Shown piece by piece: positions 57,700 to 64,000 of a DNA stretch of 64,000 bases. Below the pieces are notes generated by a model. The model ran no database searches. It was not told where the DNA came from and was given only the letters and a program-made list of their open reading frames with translations. Position 1 is the stretch's first letter. Each line of letters begins with the position of its first letter. Both the position numbers and the translations under genes were made by a program. The stretch lies in assembly GCA_029953675.1 (NCBI GenBank), contig JAMWBK010000002.1:2604001-2668000 (forward strand), given 5' to 3'. Source of the DNA: Rhodosorus marinus CCMP1338 (lineage: Eukaryota > Plantae > Rhodophyta).

Positions 57700-59852
57700 A
57701 TGTCTGTTCTGTCCCGGTGTGTCCCACGAAGAGGCCTATGCGCTGCTTCAGGTGAGCTTGAAATTTGTGCGAGTTTTTAGCCTCCTGCTTCTGCTCTGTG
57801 AAGCTAAGCAGACTGTTGTCTACTTGATTGCTATCTCAAACCATGTGTTCTGGACTTTTCAGGAAAGAAAACGCCGCTTCCGCAGCCTGTTTATATAGTC
57901 GGCTCAGCGAGAACTCCTATGGGTATGTCTTTTCAAGGAATCCGATGGAAATGGTTCAGTAGATACAGCTCTTAATCGGTACTAACGAGGATTGAGAAAT
58001 TGAAACCCAGGGTCTTACGGTGGCGCCCTTAAAAACCTTTCAGCCACAGACCTCGGTCAGTCACGAATCCCGACTAAACACTTCAGGAGTATTTTCGAAG
58101 TTCGATGTTGAGGCTTGCACACTGAATCCTTTTGTCTGCTCATCACAAGGTTCAATCGCCGTAAAGGAGGCAATAAGCAGAAGCAGAGTTAGAGCGGTGA
58201 GTCACGTCACCAAGGAGGCTTACTTTCTTCCAGTCAACGACGAGCACTGATCACCTGAACTTGTCCTTTCGCAACAAAGACGTCCATTGAGGAGCTTATC
58301 ATGGGCAACGTACTGTCAGCTGGGCTTGGTCAGGCGGTAGGCGAGCCGAGAAATTTTGCCGAAAATTTGACCCCAGTTTCCACTTCTTATTTGGAACTCT
58401 GCGGCTACTTACCGAGTGCATTGGTTCGTTTTGGTTGTGCATGTGTTTCAGCCTGCGCGAACTGTCTGCCTCTCGTCCGGGCTTGCAGAAACCACGACTT
58501 GCACCACGGTTAACAAGGTGAGCACTCTCCTCAGACATCCGCGATATGCTACTGAGCGGGCTGCGGGGTTCCTTATCGAGATCGTTCGAGTTCAACCAGG
58601 TTTGTTCGTCAGGGTTGAAGGCAATAACAATGGCCGCGCAATCTGTTGGTCTTGGGCTTGTGGACTTGGCTGTGGCTGGCGGAATGGAATCGATGTCCAG
58701 AGTACCATACTACAACGTTCACATGGTTGGTCGTCATTTCCCTGCTTCCTCTCGATCTTACCCCACGCAGGCGCCATTGCACTTTCACTCAACGCTGGTA
58801 TTGTCGTTCCCTCTAATTAGAGATTCGACAAGCGAGAGACCTTTGTTAGAGGCGATCTGGAGGACGGAATGATCAGGGACGGCTTATGGGACTCGAAACT
58901 TGACGTCCATATGGGCTCCATTGCGGACAAACTCGCTCGGGACTCCGGAATAAGTCGGGAGGACTTGGATGGAGTCGCTGCTTCGTCCTACTCAAAAGCT
59001 GCTCGAGCGCTTTCAAACCAGTCGTTCAAAGAAGTTGTCCCCATCGATGGCGTGCTTGATGTAGACGAAGAAATTGCACGGGTCAGCCTTGTAGAGAAAT
59101 TGCCGAACTTGAAGCCTGCTTTTGCAGAGGTAAGTCCCGCAAAAGTGAACGTCGTCACGCCGGAAGATTTGTTCAGAATGGAAGCAGTCCTTACTGATGT
59201 TAATGGCATATGATTCTGCAGGATGGTTTGATCACCGCGGGCAATTCGAGCACGATTAGCGACGGAGCAGCCGCGGTGGTTCTCGCCAGTGAGAGAGCTG
59301 TTGAGTCTCAGGACTTGAAACCCTTGGCGAAGATTGTCTCCTACGCGGATGCGGAGGTACATCCGCAGCAGTTCCCGATTGCTCCTACAAAGGTATGCCA
59401 GTCCGACCTGGTGCAAGTTGTGTCTCAGTGCTTGAGCCCTCAAGGTTTTTCTTCCTGCCTCAGGCCATACCGTTGGCCTTGGAGCGAGCAGATATGCAGC
59501 TGAGCGATGTTGGCCTCTTCGAGATCAACGAAGCGTTCGCCTCTGTGATCGTAGATAGCGTACGGTGAGCCCTCGGAGGATGCTTTCTTAGACATCGCTT
59601 TCTCAACGAGAACTTAAGAGAAGGTGTACCATTCTTTCGGAACCGCGCAGGAAGCTTAATCTCAACGCCGCTCGTGTGAACGTGTACGGAGGAGCGATTG
59701 CCATGGGACATCCAATCGGCGCATCCGGAGCAAGAATACTAACCACTTTGATTTCTGGTCTACACGGGACGAACACATCCTCAGTGGGCGTTGCAGCAAT
59801 ATGTAATGGAGGAGGAGGGTCCACTGCGGTCGTCATGACAAAGGACGTGTAG
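57700..59852 (+). CDS. ACAT1: Acetyl-CoA acetyltransferase (biosynthetic thiolase), probably mitochondrial, about 11 exons
   Basis: Presequence [50 protein letters not shown] (catalytic Cys), [38 protein letters not shown] and ICNGGGG. Confidence 0.94.
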
Positions 59853-60137
59853 ACTTGCGAGGTTATGTACTTAAAAGTATGTCGGTAGTCTTGTATTGTC
59901 GTCCGTGATTGACGGTCAAGGTTCCGGGTTTGGGTCGGTCTTGTGCGGTTCAGCGTCCATTCTAGAACAGCTTCTTCGCTCTGGGAACCGGTTGACCGAG
60001 CGTGAGGACACTTGTGAATACATTGTTTAATACGAGCTCTCGCATATTTTGAAACGCTTAGCACTGTTCAGTGGCAGGTTCGCAGGACAATGCGAACAAC
60101 TCAAGCACGAGCTCGAACTTCGCCAAAAGCGTCCTGC

Positions 60138-63100
60138 TCATGAGTGGGTTTTGGCCTTCTTCGGAGTTAGATAAGAATCAATTGGTCCGGAAGAGCGTTT
60201 TTTGATAGTCTTCTTAACAGACTTTGGGGTCTTTCCTCCCTGCTTCTTCGCCGATTGTGGCGACTTCTTAGGCGTCTTAGTGCTCTTGCCCTTCTTCCCT
60301 TTTGGACTCGCTTCCGATGTATCCTTCGTGTGTTTCAATTTCTTAAGCGGATTTTCACCCTCTTCTTTCTTCCCCCGTGTCGAACTCAAACTCTGTCTCT
60401 GCTTCTTTCGCTGAGCAGCCTTCTCCGCCGCAATAATCTCCTGAAAGCCGCGCCGTAAGAGTGCACGGGACGCGCAAGATTTTTTCAGTGAACCTGATAG
60501 TGGGTGCCGTGATTAGCGTGACAGAATCCTACCTCGTTCTCCTTCTCAATGACTCGGACCAGAATATCCAGCCGTCTCTTGAGCTCAACCGCCGTTCTTG
60601 ATTTAATAAACCAGTTGAAACGAAACTCCGGCGAGCGGCGCACCTCGGCCTTTAATTCCTCCCACCGTCCGTACCCCAACCGATTCACCGCCAGAATCAG
60701 CCAGCGATCCTCCTCTTCAATGAATTGCCTTCCTTTGTTACCACTGTAGGGAATCTCCAATTCCTTGACCGGTTCATCGTATCTGTCTACCTGCACTCGG
60801 AATCCGTTGCATGCTGGAGTCAAAAAATGGCCCTTCCATGTGTGTAAACAGAGCCAATGGACTTCCTACCTTGATATGAAGCGAACGCTCAATCTCCTTC
60901 CTCCGAGCAATTCTCGCCTCGCCTTCCTCAATTGCCTTGACGATTCTGCTCCAGCTCTCAAGCGCGGTGGGAGCTTGTTCCCAAAACACCGCTGCGTACC
61001 TGCGAACTTCATCTGCGTGCTTGGCTTCGCCCATATCGCTGCAGATAGCGTCAAGATCGTCTCTTCCGTGCCTCTCGGAAGCTCTTAAAAACATGTTGAA
61101 GTCCCTTTTGAGCCAATCTGGAAATCCGTCCTTCAGCAATGATTCTCTTTCTTCGACTTTCTCGGGACTCATCGTATATTCAGGCATTGGAGGTTCCTGA
61201 GATAATTTTTCAAGTCGCATAAGTCAGCACAGCTCCCAACGTGTCGCAAGTCCTTGCGTGTAGCAGCTAACCTCTTTTCCTTCTCTAGCCGCTTCCTCGC
61301 ACTTGGCATTAAATTCATCGATAACGGCCTTCTCCTCTTCGTAAAGTTCTCTCAACCGGTTCGTGTTGCAGAACATAAAATCGCTTATCGCTGGCTCCTT
61401 CGGAGGCTTCAATCTTTGCTTGGGCCGTACAATAGTAGTAATTGCTGCGCACGACACAACGGTTGTGTCAGTCTCACAACCAAACTATTGAGCCTCATCA
61501 AACCCACACTGTACCCAATCACGCTTACCTCGACCAGAATCGCGAAAGTACCCATCTTCAGTTCTCGCTCGGCCACGCTTTCCTACATCCAGGAAGAACT
61601 TGTCCGCAATGTTCGCCTTTCCATGGTAGTCGACTCCTTCATACTGATACATCGTGTTCACGTCTCCTCCCAGCTTGAACTGCATTTGGTTGCTACTATC
61701 TGCGTCCTGTAGACCCAGTCGAAGCGGGGATGGCGGAGAGCACGCGCGTTCAGCACTAATCAGATAAATTCCTTCACAGCTGCGAGAAGGATCCTATGCC
61801 ATACCTTCTTGATCGCTTCAGTCATCTCCTTGGTCTTTTCCTCTCCTCGACTGAGGATTCTGTCCAGGTCGATCTCGTCAGTCGACCCCGCGTTGTCGAC
61901 TTTGAAGAAGGAATCTGCCCCATATCGGATCATGTCCAGCAATTCCTCTTTCTGGACCCCTTTCTTGCTCTCCGTCAGACTACCGCTTTGGATAACTAAT
62001 GAGTCGAGGTGTAGCTTCTGCATGGCCTTTCCTAGCACACGCTCTTCCAGAGTATTCTCGCTAATAAGCCGATACACATTCACTGGTTTTTTTTGTCCAA
62101 TACGATGCGCCCTATCCATAGCTTGAAGATCCGCCTATTGAAGCATTATGCGCGATAAAGTTAAATATCTTGTGACCTGCTCAGTCATAATGGAGATTCT
62201 CATACCTGAGGGTTCCAATCCGAGTCGTACAGAATCACAGTATCCGCGGTAGCCAAATTAATCCCCAATCCACCGGCTCTTGTGGATAGCAAGAATACGA
62301 ACTTGTCCGAACCGGGTCTGTTGAACTCTTCGATCTGAGCGTCACGGGATTCGCTGTCCGTCGAACCATCAATTCTGCAGTACTTGAAGCCCCTCATTCT
62401 GTCGCAACAGTAGTCCTCCAGAATGTCCAGGACACGGGTCATCTGACTGAAGACTAGGACACGATGTCCAAGCGGCTTGAGGCGGGTCAAAAGCTTGTCC
62501 AGGAAATTCAACTTTCCGCAGCCCTCAACTAGATGTTCTCCGAAAGGATCCAAGGATCTGTTTTCGCAGGGGGAAGGTACAGCGACGACAAGTAAGGACA
62601 CGATCAAAAGGGGGTCTCCACTTTGGATTCCATACCTGTCTTCGACGCCATCGAAAAGGTAAGGATGGTTGCAACACTTTCTAAGCTGCATAAGAATGTT
62701 CAGAAGGCGGACGCGGTCACCTCCGGTGAAATTGATCGCATCTACATCCTTCTTCAAGATGTTTCTGTAGAGGTCCTCTTGGAGCTTAGTCAGCTTCAAA
62801 TAGAGCACGGTCTCCTTTTTCGGTGGAAGGTCAGTCTCCACATCAGATTTCAAGCGCCGGATCAAGAACGGTCGAAGTACAGCGTGTAACTGGTGCACAA
62901 GCTGCTCAGAGCGACGGGGTACAAGACTTCAGCTTCCAAACCAAAAACTCATCCATGCTCAAGGAGGAAATTTTATCGGCGCACGAGCTTACCTCGTTTT
63001 TAGGCTCTGTTCTATCAGTCCCGGGAGGACCACCTTCAACCGACGAGAACAAGCTGTCAAAGTCGGCGGACGAGGAAAATATGTCTGGCAGTAAGAAGTT

Positions 63101-64000
63101 CAGCAAGGCCCACAATTCGCGGAGATTGTTCTGTAGTGGGGTTCCAGTAATCAGAAGGCGGTTCTCGCTCTCAAACATGCGGACCATTTGGGATAGTATC
63201 TAGAGGTAGAAAAGCGAAGCAAATTAGTATGATCATGTGCCCAAGGCCGGCTCAGAGCATTTGAAAGATGTGCGCACTGAATTCTCGTTTTTGATTCTGT
63301 GCGCCTCATCAATAATCAAATACTTCCATACGAACTTCGAGAGAAGGTTCTTTTCCTTCGTAACCATTTCATAAGAAGTTAGGCACACGTCAAACTTGCC
63401 AGGCATCATCCTGTTCTCCCGCAGGTCCTTCCGCTCTTCCTGATTCCCGTGGAAACGGACAACGCTAATTTCCGGGCACCACCTCTCTATTTCCTTCTCC
63501 CAGTTGCCAAGAGTGCTTTTCGGAACAATAACGAGATGAGGCCCTACACAAAAACGCAAAAGGCATTTCTTCAGGAGATTGTGTGTGGCTACTAGACGAA
63601 AATTCGCTCAAGCGCGATCCCTCCTCGTCGAGCGTTCAGAGATCGGGAGAAACGACCTGGCTCGTTCTCAGGCCGGAACCTCAGGTTTTGATAACGTGCA
63701 CAGCCCAAGCTGGTATGCTGATTAGGCGAACAGCATACCGTTAATTTTCTTATGGAGCCTCAGGAATCCCAGCAGCGAAATGGTTTGCAGAGTTTTCCCC
63801 AACCCCATTTCGTCCGCCAGGATACCGTTCAGGCCTCTTTCGTATAGGCCAATCAGGAAGTTCAACCCCTCAACTTGATAGTTTCTCATCTTTCCTTCGA
63901 TGTTCGCGGGCTGTTCATTAAGCCTGGTAACCTCATCAGTCGATGCTTCGGCCTCGAGTAAAAGCGCATCCTCTTCAGCTTCTGTCATTCGACGGGGTGC
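60138..64000 (-). CDS. ISWI: ISWI/SNF2H chromatin-remodelling ATPase (5' end outside the window)
   Basis: [80 protein letters not shown], and HAND-SANT-SLIDE (FIEEEDRWL...[18 protein letters not shown]). Confidence 0.96.

Noticed and set aside
1-64000. tRNA, rRNA, snRNA or telomeric repeats
   Set aside because: No T-loop/D-loop cloverleaf, rRNA or snRNA hallmark sequences, or telomere arrays were spotted by eye; tRNAscan-SE and Infernal would be needed to exclude them.

Overview
This is eukaryotic nuclear DNA with many short spliceosomal introns (mapped examples 66-199 nt; GTRAGT, GTACGT or GTGCGT donors; CTAAC-like branch points; YAG acceptors). Phe-containing plastid-type N-termini (MEAF, MGFV) suggest a red alga or red-lineage alga; this is inference. 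Two gene-dense blocks flank a gene-poor island. The left block (1-20.5 kb) holds an ABM-fold protein, PDS5, a type II NADH dehydrogenase, a PPR protein, DDI1, AsnRS and UDP-glucose dehydrogenase. The right block (34-64 kb) holds TRAPPC9/Trs120, IF1, a VPS13-like gene, an acidic orphan, a DUF1757-like protein, a PD-(D/E)XK nuclease, a thiolase and ISWI. The ~13 kb island between them carries heavily decayed Ty3/Gypsy-like fragments, one intronless C2H2 zinc-finger gene and a long hairpin-forming inverted repeat. The most notable observations are: (1) a bacterial-type RecB-family PD-(D/E)XK nuclease with spliceosomal introns (one GC-AG) and an organellar targeting peptide; (2) a 57-75 bp inverted repeat whose mismatches favour a minus-strand RNA hairpin; (3) a recurring C/A-rich | AT core | G/T-rich skew-flip module in intergenic regions; (4) a perfect 17-bp hairpin next to a G-quadruplex motif; (5) a decayed ~110-150 bp tandem repeat with NLS-like coding remnants. 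No rRNA, tRNA or CRISPR array was seen. All family assignments come from motif recognition by eye, not from database searches.
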